Assembly (NCBI GenBank): GCA_965650685.1
Contig: CBFGPM010000001.1
Coordinates: forward strand, 57,415-121,414
From: an uncultured Sediminibacterium sp.
Lineage (GTDB): Bacteria; Bacteroidota; Bacteroidia; Chitinophagales; Chitinophagaceae
Reading direction: 5' to 3'
DNA length: 64,000 nt
The position numbers were made by a program, and so were the translations under genes. Each line of letters begins with the position of its first letter. Position 1 is the stretch's first letter. Shown here piece by piece: positions 54,706 through 63,382 of the stretch. The notes beneath the pieces were generated by a model. It did no database searches, was not told the origin of the DNA, and saw nothing but the letters and a program-made list of their open reading frames with translations.

Positions 54706-56184
54706 ATGAAAAAGAAAGATCTGAACAAAAAACAGGAAAAGACCATTTCCGATAACTCCAGGCGGAAGTTTCTACAGAATGGCCTTACAGCGCTTGCCGG
54801 ATTCTACATTGTTCCCCGACATGTTATTGGAAGAGGCTATATAGCCCCAAGTGATAAACTCCAGGTTGCAGGTATTGGAGCCGGTGGTAAAGGTGAGAGC
54901 GATTTATATAACTTTTTTATGAGTGGAAAAGCCGATATCGCTTTCTTATGTGATGTTGATTCACGTCAAAGTGCAAAGAGTCGTGAACGCTACCCAAAAG
55001 CCAAAGTATACGAAGATTATCGCGAGATGCTCGATAAGGAGCATAAAAATATAGATGCAGTATCTGTATCAACACCCGATCATATGCATGCGGTACAAGC
55101 TATGGCTGCCATGCAGTTGGGGAAACATGTTTATGTTCAAAAACCACTTTCGCACGATATATATGAGGCACGTGTTATGACCGAAGCGGCACATCGTTAT
55201 AAGGTAGTAACACAAATGGGTAACCAGGGTGCTTCAGGTGATGGCGTACGTCAATTGGTTGACTGGTATAATGCCGGATTAATTGGTGATGTACACACTG
55301 TATATTGTTATACAGATCGTCCTGTTTGGCCACAGGGTATTCAGTGGTCAAAAAACTCGTTACCTGTACCTAAAGAGTTAAACTGGGATCTATGGCTGGG
55401 TACCGCTCCTTATAAGGATTATGTAGATAATCTGGTTCCATTTAACTGGCGCGGATGGTGGGATTATGGTACCGGTGCATTAGGTGATATGGCCTGCCAT
55501 ATTATGGCACCTGCATTTGCTGTACTTGGACTTGGCTACCCTGAATCAGCCGAGTGTAGTGTTGCAAAAAGATATGAAAGGAACTGGAACGCCATTTATG
55601 CACCAGAGTGTGGACCATTGGCTTCTCATATTATTTTGAAATTTAAAGGCCAGAACGGCAAGCCTGATTTAACCATGCATTGGATGGATGGTGGAATTCA
55701 GCCAGAGCGTCCTGCAGAGCTTGGACCAAATGAAATGATGGGTGATGGCGGTAATGGTACCATTTTTATTGGTACTAAAGGAAAGATGATGTGTGGTACA
55801 TACGGAGCCATTCCTAACCTGTTACCGACCAATCTTACCAAAACCACACAGGTTCCACAAACTGTTAAGCGTGTACCTAATGGCGATAATGGTCACTATG
55901 CAGCATGGGTTGAGGCAGCAATTGCAGGCTATGGTTCTGAAGCAGCAAAAACCTTAAGCTCTAATTTCGATGTTGCTGGTCCGCTTACAGAAAGCGTATT
56001 GATGGGCAACCTTGCAATCCGTAGTTATGATCTTCAAAAGAAAATGGATAATGGCCGCATAGCTTATCCTGGCAGAAATATCAGACTGGTATGGGATGGT
56101 CCGAACATGAAAATCACCAACTTCGACGAAGCCAACCAATTCGTAAAACGTCAGTACAGAGAAGGCTGGAGTTTGGGGGTGTGA
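54706..56184 (+). CDS. Tat-exported Gfo/Idh/MocA family oxidoreductase
   Basis: It has a twin-arginine leader (SRRKFLQNGLTALAGF), a Rossmann GIGAGGKG motif and the Gfo/Idh/MocA EKP-like segment (VYVQKPLSH). Confidence 0.8.
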   Translation: MKKKDLNKKQEKTISDNSRRKFLQNGLTALAGFYIVPRHVIGRGYIAPSDKLQVAGIGAGGKGESDLYNFFMSGKADIAFLCDVDSRQSAKSRERYPKAKVYEDYREMLDKEHKNIDAVSVSTPDHMHAVQAMAAMQLGKHVYVQKPLSHDIYEARVMTEAAHRYKVVTQMGNQGASGDGVRQLVDWYNAGLIGDVHTVYCYTDRPVWPQGIQWSKNSLPVPKELNWDLWLGTAPYKDYVDNLVPFNWRGWWDYGTGALGDMACHIMAPAFAVLGLGYPESAECSVAKRYERNWNAIYAPECGPLASHIILKFKGQNGKPDLTMHWMDGGIQPERPAELGPNEMMGDGGNGTIFIGTKGKMMCGTYGAIPNLLPTNLTKTTQVPQTVKRVPNGDNGHYAAWVEAAIAGYGSEAAKTLSSNFDVAGPLTESVLMGNLAIRSYDLQKKMDNGRIAYPGRNIRLVWDGPNMKITNFDEANQFVKRQYREGWSLGV

Positions 56185-56292
56185 GAACAGAGAAATAAGG
56201 AATAAGAAATAGAAAATAAGAAAGGAATGAGGAAGTGTAAATACAACTACACTTTCTCATTCCTTATTTTTTATTCCTTATTCCTCTGTTTC
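56185..56292. repeat. imperfect long hairpin of GAACAGA/GAAATAA words between convergent genes
   Basis: GAACAGAGAAATAAGGAATAAGAAATAGAAAATAAGAAAGGAATGAGGAAGTGTA ... TACACTTTCTCATTCCTTATTTTTTATTCCTTATTCCTCTGTTTC. It uses the same word family as 43373-43481. Confidence 0.85.
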
Positions 56293-56293
56293 T

Positions 56294-57160
56294 TTAGATC
56301 TGAAACTTACTCATATACCCTGCATTCACTTTTGCGCTATCCATGGGGGTTGTGCCGGTAAATGCTTCCTGTTCTACGATAAATTTATTCAGTCCATATT
56401 TACGGCCTTCTGCAAGGATCGATTTAAAATCGATGCTGCCTTTACCAATATGGCATGATTCATTTCCTTTATCGGTTTTCGTAAGGTCTTTAACATGACA
56501 TAAACGGAAACGGTTAGGGTATTTTTTGAACCAGGCTTTTGGATCTTCGCCTGCTGCCACTACCCAATAAATATCCATTTCAAAATCAACCAGGTCTTTG
56601 TCGGTACCTTCCATCATAACCACCTGTGGAACCTGACCATCCAATACTTTGAAAGAATAGTCGTGGTTATGATAAGCGAAACGGATACCATTCTTTTTCG
56701 CTATCTGGCCAGATTTATTAAACTCATCATTGAATTTTTTGAAATCGTCGATTGATTTTTGTGGGCCTTTCCATGGGCAAATCAAATAAGACATACCGAT
56801 CTCGGCTGCTTCTGCTGATTTCTTTTCGAAATCAACGGTATTGTTACAATGTGCTGAGACCAATTTCATTCCCAGGTCATCCATGAGTTTTTTAAATTCG
56901 GTATTTTTCATACCCCAGAAAAAGCCTTTCGGTCCTTCAAAGCTTTCGATTTGCTTATATCCGTATGATGAAAGTTTGGTAAGGGTATCTTTTGGGTCGG
57001 CCATCATGGCTTCTTTTACGGTCCATAATTGAATGCCAAAATCTCCTAATGGTTTATAAGCCAGTTCATCTAATATTGATGACTTCCCCGCAAATGGCAT
57101 CGACAATGCCGCTGCCGCAAAACCTGTATTGCGTAGAAAGTTTCTGCGATTGATTGTCAT
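56294..57160 (-). CDS. Tat-exported xylose-isomerase-like TIM-barrel protein (sugar phosphate isomerase/epimerase family)
   Basis: It has a Tat leader (MTINRRNFLRNTGFAAAAL). The body has the AP-endonuclease-2/xylose-isomerase-like pattern (YHNHDYSF, HVKD). Confidence 0.7.
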   Translation of the reverse strand: MTINRRNFLRNTGFAAAALSMPFAGKSSILDELAYKPLGDFGIQLWTVKEAMMADPKDTLTKLSSYGYKQIESFEGPKGFFWGMKNTEFKKLMDDLGMKLVSAHCNNTVDFEKKSAEAAEIGMSYLICPWKGPQKSIDDFKKFNDEFNKSGQIAKKNGIRFAYHNHDYSFKVLDGQVPQVVMMEGTDKDLVDFEMDIYWVVAAGEDPKAWFKKYPNRFRLCHVKDLTKTDKGNESCHIGKGSIDFKSILAEGRKYGLNKFIVEQEAFTGTTPMDSAKVNAGYMSKFQI

Positions 57161-57187
57161 AAGTACTGAGATTAGAATTAAAAAATC

Positions 57188-57234
57188 AAGACTCAAAAGT
57201 CAAATACATATTTTGAATTTGACTTTTGAGTCTT
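57188..57234. repeat. 18-bp perfect hairpin (TGACTTT word family)
   Basis: AAGACTCAAAAGTCAAAT (57188-57205) is the perfect reverse complement of ATTTGACTTTTGAGTCTT (57217-57234). Confidence 0.9.
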
Positions 57235-57242
57235 TACTTACC

Positions 57243-57812
57243 TTAACTAGTGGCCCAGGCTTTATCGCCTTTGGCATAAGGTATATTGCCTTCATATTTA
57301 CCTGGCACAGCAACATAGCGTAAAGCCTTTGTTGCACCTACTTCAGAAGTGAAGAACCCAAGCAGGGTTAATTCTTTCATCATCCTGAAATAATGATTAG
57401 GATCTTCCGGTTTTTTGGCTTTCTGGTATTCTTTTGTTTCTTTATCAAGGTCAACCAGTAATGCATGTCGCTGTTCTGGTGTACTTTCCATAAAGGATTT
57501 ACCATTTTTGGTTTTACTGGCCTCATCCAGTTTTGTAAACCCTTCTTTAAAGATAGTTTGGTCTTTTGCTTCGTAACAATCTGTTACATATACCGACATA
57601 AACTCTCCTACCTTGGCTTCTTTGGCACCGGGTGTGCTTGTAGCAGGTAAAATTGTTTCTCCTACTTCATTCAAAAAACTGATTTCATCCGGAGAAAAAC
57701 TGATACCATTATCTGTACCAGTAGTTTTACAGCCCGTTAGAAAAGCAGTTGAACCTATTAATGTTCCCCCTAGTAGCAATGCTACACTTGAAAGGGCTTC
57801 TCTTCTATTCAT
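57243..57812 (-). CDS. gluconate 2-dehydrogenase subunit 3-like small Tat subunit
   Basis: 189 aa with a Tat-type leader that has a lipobox (MNRREALSSVALLLGGTLIGSTAFLTGC). It lies immediately downstream of a signal-less GMC flavoprotein. Confidence 0.65.
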   Translation of the reverse strand: MNRREALSSVALLLGGTLIGSTAFLTGCKTTGTDNGISFSPDEISFLNEVGETILPATSTPGAKEAKVGEFMSVYVTDCYEAKDQTIFKEGFTKLDEASKTKNGKSFMESTPEQRHALLVDLDKETKEYQKAKKPEDPNHYFRMMKELTLLGFFTSEVGATKALRYVAVPGKYEGNIPYAKGDKAWATS

Positions 57813-57828
57813 GGTGATGTTTTTTTTC

Positions 57829-57897
57829 GTGAATCGTGAATAGTGAATGGTGAATGCTGGCCTCTTTATTGACCATTCACCATTGACAATTGACTAC
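57829..57897. repeat. imperfect hairpin (GTGAATG word family) between the GMC gene and its small subunit gene
   Basis: GTGAATCGTGAATAGTGAATGGTGAATG ... CATTCACCATTGACAATTGAC. The best stem is AATGGTGAATG (57846-57856) with CATTCACCATT (57874-57884). Confidence 0.75.
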
Positions 57898-59576
57898 TAT
57901 AAATTTTGTTTTTTCAATTCACTAACCGCATGGTCTGCAGCGCGTGCAGTAAATGCCATATAAGTTAATGATGGGTTTACACAAGCTGATGAAGTCATGA
58001 ATGCGCCATCGGTAACATACACATTTGGTGCATCCCAAACCTGGTTGAATTTATTTACAACCGAAGTTTTAGGATCATTCCCCATACGTGCGGTTCCCAT
58101 TTCGTGAATACCACGACCCAATACACCATTGCCTTCGTAACCATACACATCTTTTACGCCTGCATTGGTGAGTATTTCAATAGCATCGGCCTGCATATCT
58201 TTCCTCATTTTGATTTCGTTCTCTTTGAGTTCGCAATCAAATGAAAGAACAGGAAGCCCCCATTTATCTTTCACGTTTTTATCGAGGGTAATTTTATTGC
58301 TATGATCAGGCAATACTTCTCCAAAGCCCATCATACCAAAGGTCCAGCCACCCGGTTCTGTAAGAGCGTCTTTAAATTCGGCACCGATACTTAATTCGGC
58401 AACTTCTCTTCCCCATCCCTGTCTGGATGCGCTTCCCTGATATCCAAACCCGCGGAGATAGTCGCGTTTATCGCCATAGAGATTGCGGTAACGTGGTACA
58501 TAAATACCATTTGCCCTGCGACCGAAATAGTATTTGTCTTCATAACCTTCCACACGACCGCCGGCGCCAACACCTAAATGGTGGTCCATGATATTATGAC
58601 CCAATTCACCACTGCTGCTTCCTAATCCATCAGGCCAAACATCCGTAGCTGAATTCATCAGAATCCAGGCTGTGTTTAATGCAGATGCATTTAGGAAAAC
58701 TATTTTAGCATTGTAGGTATAGGTTTTATTTGTTTCGGCATCGAGTACTTCAACACCTGTTGCGCGCTTTTTATCTTTATCGTACAATACCCTTGTTACA
58801 ATAGACCATGGACGCAGTGTTAAATTACCTGTGGCCATCGCTGCAGGTAAAGTAGATGACTGTGTACTGAAATAAGCGCCAAACGGACAACCCAGCCAAC
58901 ACTTATTACGGTATTGGCAATTGGTACGGCCATTATGTTCCTGGGTAAGGTTTGCTACACGACCAATGATCATGTGGCGCTGGTTCTTATAATATTCTTT
59001 TATACGCTTGGCCAGGTCTTTCTCTACAACGTTAAGTTCCATCGGGGGAAGAAAATCGCTGTCTGGCAAGTGAGGTAACCCTTCTTTACTGCCGCTGATA
59101 CCTGCATGACGTTCTACATAAGAATACCAGCTTTCTATGTCTTTATATCTAACCGGCCAATCAACACCTACTCCGTCTTTCAGGTTGGCCTCAAAATCAA
59201 AATCGCTCCATCTATAACTTTGGCGGCCCCACATTAAAGAACGTCCACCAACATGGTATCCACGGAACCAATCGAAGCGTTTTACTTCTGTGTAAGGACT
59301 TTCCTTTTCATTTACCCAATAATCGAGGTTTGTTTCATTAAGTGGGTAGTCGCGTTTGAGAACCGGATAATCATTGATCATCTGTTGGGTTCTTCTTCCG
59401 CGATGGGGATAATCCCAAGCTTCTTTGTTGGCGTTTACATAATCCTTAATGTGTTCAATGTTACGCCCACGTTCGAGCAAGAGCACTTTCAGCCCCTTTT
59501 CAGTAAGTTCTTTAGCGGCCCATCCGCCACTGATTCCTGAACCTACTACGATTGCATCATAATTTTGTTCGGCCAT
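57897..59576 (-). CDS. GMC family FAD-dependent oxidoreductase (no signal peptide)
   Basis: It has an N-terminal FAD fold (DAIVVGSGISGGWAAKEL) and a C-terminal GMC region (GTARMG...VTDGAFM). Confidence 0.85.
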   Translation of the reverse strand: MAEQNYDAIVVGSGISGGWAAKELTEKGLKVLLLERGRNIEHIKDYVNANKEAWDYPHRGRRTQQMINDYPVLKRDYPLNETNLDYWVNEKESPYTEVKRFDWFRGYHVGGRSLMWGRQSYRWSDFDFEANLKDGVGVDWPVRYKDIESWYSYVERHAGISGSKEGLPHLPDSDFLPPMELNVVEKDLAKRIKEYYKNQRHMIIGRVANLTQEHNGRTNCQYRNKCWLGCPFGAYFSTQSSTLPAAMATGNLTLRPWSIVTRVLYDKDKKRATGVEVLDAETNKTYTYNAKIVFLNASALNTAWILMNSATDVWPDGLGSSSGELGHNIMDHHLGVGAGGRVEGYEDKYYFGRRANGIYVPRYRNLYGDKRDYLRGFGYQGSASRQGWGREVAELSIGAEFKDALTEPGGWTFGMMGFGEVLPDHSNKITLDKNVKDKWGLPVLSFDCELKENEIKMRKDMQADAIEILTNAGVKDVYGYEGNGVLGRGIHEMGTARMGNDPKTSVVNKFNQVWDAPNVYVTDGAFMTSSACVNPSLTYMAFTARAADHAVSELKKQNL

Positions 59577-59626
59577 GGTCTGTTTGTTTATGATTGTTTG
59601 TGGTTTGCTGTTTTAGTCCATGGTTG

Positions 59627-59680
59627 ATAGACCATGGTCCATAGTATTATTTAACCATGGACTATGGACCATGGTCTATC
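59627..59680. repeat. 20-bp perfect hairpin (CCATGGA/CCATAGA family)
   Basis: GATAGACCATGGTCCATAGT (59627-59646) is the perfect reverse complement of ACTATGGACCATGGTCTATC (59661-59680). Confidence 0.9.
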
Positions 59681-59690
59681 GACTATTCTA

Positions 59691-60575
59691 TCACACATCA
59701 CAAATCTGAATCGCTTTTCTGAGCGATCCGATTTTATCGTTGCCTGTAGCTATAAATTCCTGTGCTACATATTGTTTAAAGCCAGTCTCTACAATTGCCT
59801 TCATGATTGCCGGATAATATAATTCCTGCGATTCATCTATTTCATGGCGGCCCGGAACACCTGCAGTATGGTAATGACCGAAATACTGGTGGTTGTTTTT
59901 GATGGTACGGATGATATCTCCTTCGTTAATCTGCATGTGGTAGATATCATACAATAGTTTAAAGTTCGGTGAACCCAACTGTTTGCATAATTCAACGCCC
60001 CATGCCGAACTGTCGCACATATAATCTTTGTGATCTACTTTACTGTTGAAGAGTTCCATCTGAATAATCACCCCTTTCTTCTCTGCCAGCGACATAATCT
60101 GTTTCAATCCGGTAACACAGTTTTTTAAACCGGTTTCATCATCCATTCCATTCCTGTTGCCGCTGAAACAAATCAGGTTGGTATAACCTGCTTTTGCTAC
60201 GAGTTCAATATGTTCGGTATAATTCTTAATCAATGTTGCATGATACTGCGGGTCGTTCCATCCTTTTACCAAACCTATTTCAGCACCATTACACATGGTA
60301 GAAATAAGGTTGTGTTTCTTCAAAATATCCCAGTCTTTAGGACCAACCAGATCAATACCAACCAATCCCATTTCTTTAACGATTACGCATAATTGATCAA
60401 GCGGGATATCACTATAACACCAGCGGCAAACAGAGTGATTGATGTTTCCTTTGAGTGCCATAGTTGTTGAGGTGGTGTTAGTGGTAAATGCAGAAACGCC
60501 CGATCCGGTTGCCAGTAATGCTGAACCGGCAAGCAATTGTTTAATCGTTTTTCTTCTTGATGATTCTGTTGCCAT
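59691..60575 (-). CDS. Tat-exported xylose-isomerase-like TIM-barrel protein (hydroxypyruvate-isomerase-like)
   Basis: It has a leader (SSRRKTIKQLLAGSALLATGSG) and the body motifs ELFNS and GHYHTAG. Confidence 0.7.
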   Translation of the reverse strand: MATESSRRKTIKQLLAGSALLATGSGVSAFTTNTTSTTMALKGNINHSVCRWCYSDIPLDQLCVIVKEMGLVGIDLVGPKDWDILKKHNLISTMCNGAEIGLVKGWNDPQYHATLIKNYTEHIELVAKAGYTNLICFSGNRNGMDDETGLKNCVTGLKQIMSLAEKKGVIIQMELFNSKVDHKDYMCDSSAWGVELCKQLGSPNFKLLYDIYHMQINEGDIIRTIKNNHQYFGHYHTAGVPGRHEIDESQELYYPAIMKAIVETGFKQYVAQEFIATGNDKIGSLRKAIQICDV

Positions 60576-60627
60576 GATTGATCTTTCGCAGGATAATAAA
60601 TATAAGGATTAATGTTTAACCAACGTT

Positions 60628-61899
60628 CTAAGCTGGCATATTTGACTTTGTTTTATTCCGCATGTATAAGAATAGTCCGGCAAATGCCACAGATAAAACA
60701 ATGGGTATGAGCATGGTTGCATTCAGTATTTCAGGGCCGGCGAGTTTTTTTGCTTCCCCTAATGCATTAGCCATTTCTGTTCCGGCAGCGGCATTTGAAT
60801 AATCTGCAAGATTTGCACCTGCCGGAAGTTTAGCAGCCAGTAAATTATCATAATAATCACTCATGAATATCATATAAACCGAAACGGCAAACATACCGGC
60901 TCCACCCATAAGGTTTAAACCTACTGCACCTGTTTTGGGAAGATTTTCCGACACAAAACCGAGCATGGTAGGCCAGAAATAACAAACACCCATTCCAAAG
61001 ATGATGGCACCAACAAAAAGCATATTACCGGTTGTATGTCCCATAAGGTATAAACCTACTGCCGATAAAATTGCTGATATCAGGAGTACACCTGCCGGAG
61101 AGAACCGGTGTACAACTGGCTCTGCAAAAGCCCGGCCCAGCACCATAATACCCGTTTCTATGGTTAAAAGCAGAATTGCATTATCTGATACATTTTTCAG
61201 GAGTACATCAATCCACTGGCCTGTAAACAATTCGGTAATAGCAGTACCAAACATCAGGATGATCATAAAAATAAAGAGGGGGTTCAGCAGCGACTTATAC
61301 ATTTCTGCCGCAGAAACACCACTTGCCACCCGTTCGGTAACGGGGAAATTCAGTTTGCTGAACAGGTAGCCGTACAGAATGGTTGGTATTAACATTAAAC
61401 CAACCTGTACTTGCCAGCTAACGCCCACTTTATCCAGGAAATACACCAGTAAAGTACCGATTACAATACCCCCTGGAAACCACAAATGAAAATGGTTAAG
61501 CTTAGTGGTTTTATTATCTGAATAAATGGTTGCAACTAATGGGTTACAGGCTGCTTCAACAGTTCCGTTGGCAATACCCACACAAAGTGTTGAAATGAAC
61601 AGGGTCCAGTAACCACCCGCAAAAATGGTGAGCAGAATACCGGCGAGGTGGAACAAAAACGCAACGATCAGCAATCGCTTCATGCCGATAATATCTACTA
61701 CAAATCCGCCGATTACCACAGCAAGTGGAAAGCCCCAGAATGCGGTAGCGGCAATAGTTCCGAGTTGTGACGCATTTAATTCGAATTCTACACCAAGTCG
61801 GCCAAGTATTCCGGCCCTGATACCAAAAGAAAGAGAAGTTACCAATAATGCCAGACAGCTGGCAACAAATAATTGTTGACGTTGGGGAGTGGCGTGCAT
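60628..61899 (-). CDS. MFS transporter (sugar-type)
   Basis: 423 aa with about 12 TM helices. Confidence 0.75.
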   Translation of the reverse strand: MHATPQRQQLFVASCLALLVTSLSFGIRAGILGRLGVEFELNASQLGTIAATAFWGFPLAVVIGGFVVDIIGMKRLLIVAFLFHLAGILLTIFAGGYWTLFISTLCVGIANGTVEAACNPLVATIYSDNKTTKLNHFHLWFPGGIVIGTLLVYFLDKVGVSWQVQVGLMLIPTILYGYLFSKLNFPVTERVASGVSAAEMYKSLLNPLFIFMIILMFGTAITELFTGQWIDVLLKNVSDNAILLLTIETGIMVLGRAFAEPVVHRFSPAGVLLISAILSAVGLYLMGHTTGNMLFVGAIIFGMGVCYFWPTMLGFVSENLPKTGAVGLNLMGGAGMFAVSVYMIFMSDYYDNLLAAKLPAGANLADYSNAAAGTEMANALGEAKKLAGPEILNATMLIPIVLSVAFAGLFLYMRNKTKSNMPA

Positions 61900-62127
61900 A
61901 TCGTTTGAGTTGTTGGTTGAAATAAGCCACTAAATGTAATTTTATTTTCAAACAAAGCAGCGAAAAATTTTCCCATTTTACCGTCATTTGTACCGATTTC
62001 TCCGCAAACGATTGTGCTTTTTTATCCGATACTGTATGATAAAATTTCTCTGGCTTCCATTTTTTTAATAACCTTACATCCCTGAAATTATTTCTTCTAC
62101 TCAAGAACCTAATAAAAAAATCGTCTC

Positions 62128-63294
62128 ATGAACCGAAAACTCAGAATGGGTATGGTTGGTGGTGGCCGCGATGCCTTTATCGGCGCCATTCACCGTATTG
62201 CTGCTAATATGGATGGACTAATTGAAGTTGTATGCGGAGCGCTTAGTATTAACCCTGAAATTGCCAAAGCTTCCGGGGAAGACCTCTTTCTCCCTGCAGA
62301 CAGGATCTACATGAATTTTGAAGAGATGATCACAAAGGAAAGTCAGTTACCTGCAGATAAAAGAATGGATTTCATCACAATCGTAACGCCCAATTTTGCC
62401 CATTTCGCGCCTGCAATGATGGCATTGGATCATGGTTTTCATGTTGTGATTGAGAAGCCGATGACTTTCACTTTTGAAGAAGCGCAGTTACTTCACCAGA
62501 AAGTACAGGAAACGGGTTTATTATTATGTCTTACACATACTTATTCAGGGTATCCCATGGTAAAACAGGCACGTGCAATGGTTGCTGGCGGTGTATTAGG
62601 GAAAATCAGGAAGGTATGGGTTGAATATCCACAGGGCTGGCTCAGCAAACTGTCTGAACGTGAAGGCAATAAACAGGCAGCCTGGAGAACAGACCCCAAG
62701 CGCTCCGGCAAAGCCGGCGCAATGGGCGATATTGGCACACATGCTGCCCATCTTGCCGAATATATTACCGGAGCAGAAATCACCCATTTATGTGCCGACC
62801 TTAATGCACTGGTAGAAGGCCGTTTACTGGATGATGATGGTAATGTACTGTTGCGTATGAGCAATGGAGCAAGAGGAGTGTTAATGGCATCACAGGTAGC
62901 CGCGGGCGAAGAAAACGCTTTGAAAATAAGGGTTTATGGAGAACTTGGCGGACTTGAATGGGCTCAGCATGAGCCGAATACATTACTGCTGAAATGGCTT
63001 GACCAACCCACTCAAATTTTAAGGGCCGGTGGAAATTATGGTGACAGGTTAAGTTCCTTCGCTACCCATAATTGCAGAACACCGGGCGGCCATCCGGAAG
63101 GTTACCTGGAAGCATTTGCAAATATTTATCGCAATTTCGCCTTAACCCTGGGTGCACGCATAGATGGCACTCAACCAACTGCTGAAATGCTCGACTTCCC
63201 AACCACCCGCGATGGCTTGAGAGGCATGGCTTTCATCGACAATGTTGTGGCTTCTGCTGCATCTGATGTAAAATGGACGGAATATAAAATTTAG
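62128..63294 (+). CDS. cytoplasmic Gfo/Idh/MocA family oxidoreductase
   Basis: It has MGMVGGGRDAFIG (Rossmann) and VVIEKPMT (EKP motif). No signal peptide. Confidence 0.8.
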   Translation: MNRKLRMGMVGGGRDAFIGAIHRIAANMDGLIEVVCGALSINPEIAKASGEDLFLPADRIYMNFEEMITKESQLPADKRMDFITIVTPNFAHFAPAMMALDHGFHVVIEKPMTFTFEEAQLLHQKVQETGLLLCLTHTYSGYPMVKQARAMVAGGVLGKIRKVWVEYPQGWLSKLSEREGNKQAAWRTDPKRSGKAGAMGDIGTHAAHLAEYITGAEITHLCADLNALVEGRLLDDDGNVLLRMSNGARGVLMASQVAAGEENALKIRVYGELGGLEWAQHEPNTLLLKWLDQPTQILRAGGNYGDRLSSFATHNCRTPGGHPEGYLEAFANIYRNFALTLGARIDGTQPTAEMLDFPTTRDGLRGMAFIDNVVASAASDVKWTEYKI

Positions 63295-63358
63295 TGAATG
63301 GTCAATTGTGAATGGTGAATATGGAATCCTATATGACCATTCACAATTGACCATTCAC
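63294..63358. repeat. 23-bp perfect hairpin (GTGAATG/GTCAATT family)
   Basis: GTGAATGGTCAATTGTGAATGGT (63294-63316) is the perfect reverse complement of ACCATTCACAATTGACCATTCAC (63336-63358). It overlaps the last base of the TAG stop. Confidence 0.9.
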
Positions 63359-63382
63359 CACTCACTATCAAACCTCTCTACT

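Noticed and set aside
61900-62012. ATCGTTTG / CAAACGAT inverted 8-mers and the near-palindrome CAAACGATTG in the MFS / Gfo divergent region, considered as LacI-type operators
   Set aside because: The 8-mers are 100 nt apart, the palindrome is imperfect and no LacI-family regulator is encoded in the window. The evidence is insufficient.
61556-62104. 182-aa minus-strand ORF
   Set aside because: It overlaps the 5' part of the MFS transporter in another frame and runs into the intergenic region. Its Cys/Arg-rich sequence is not protein-like.
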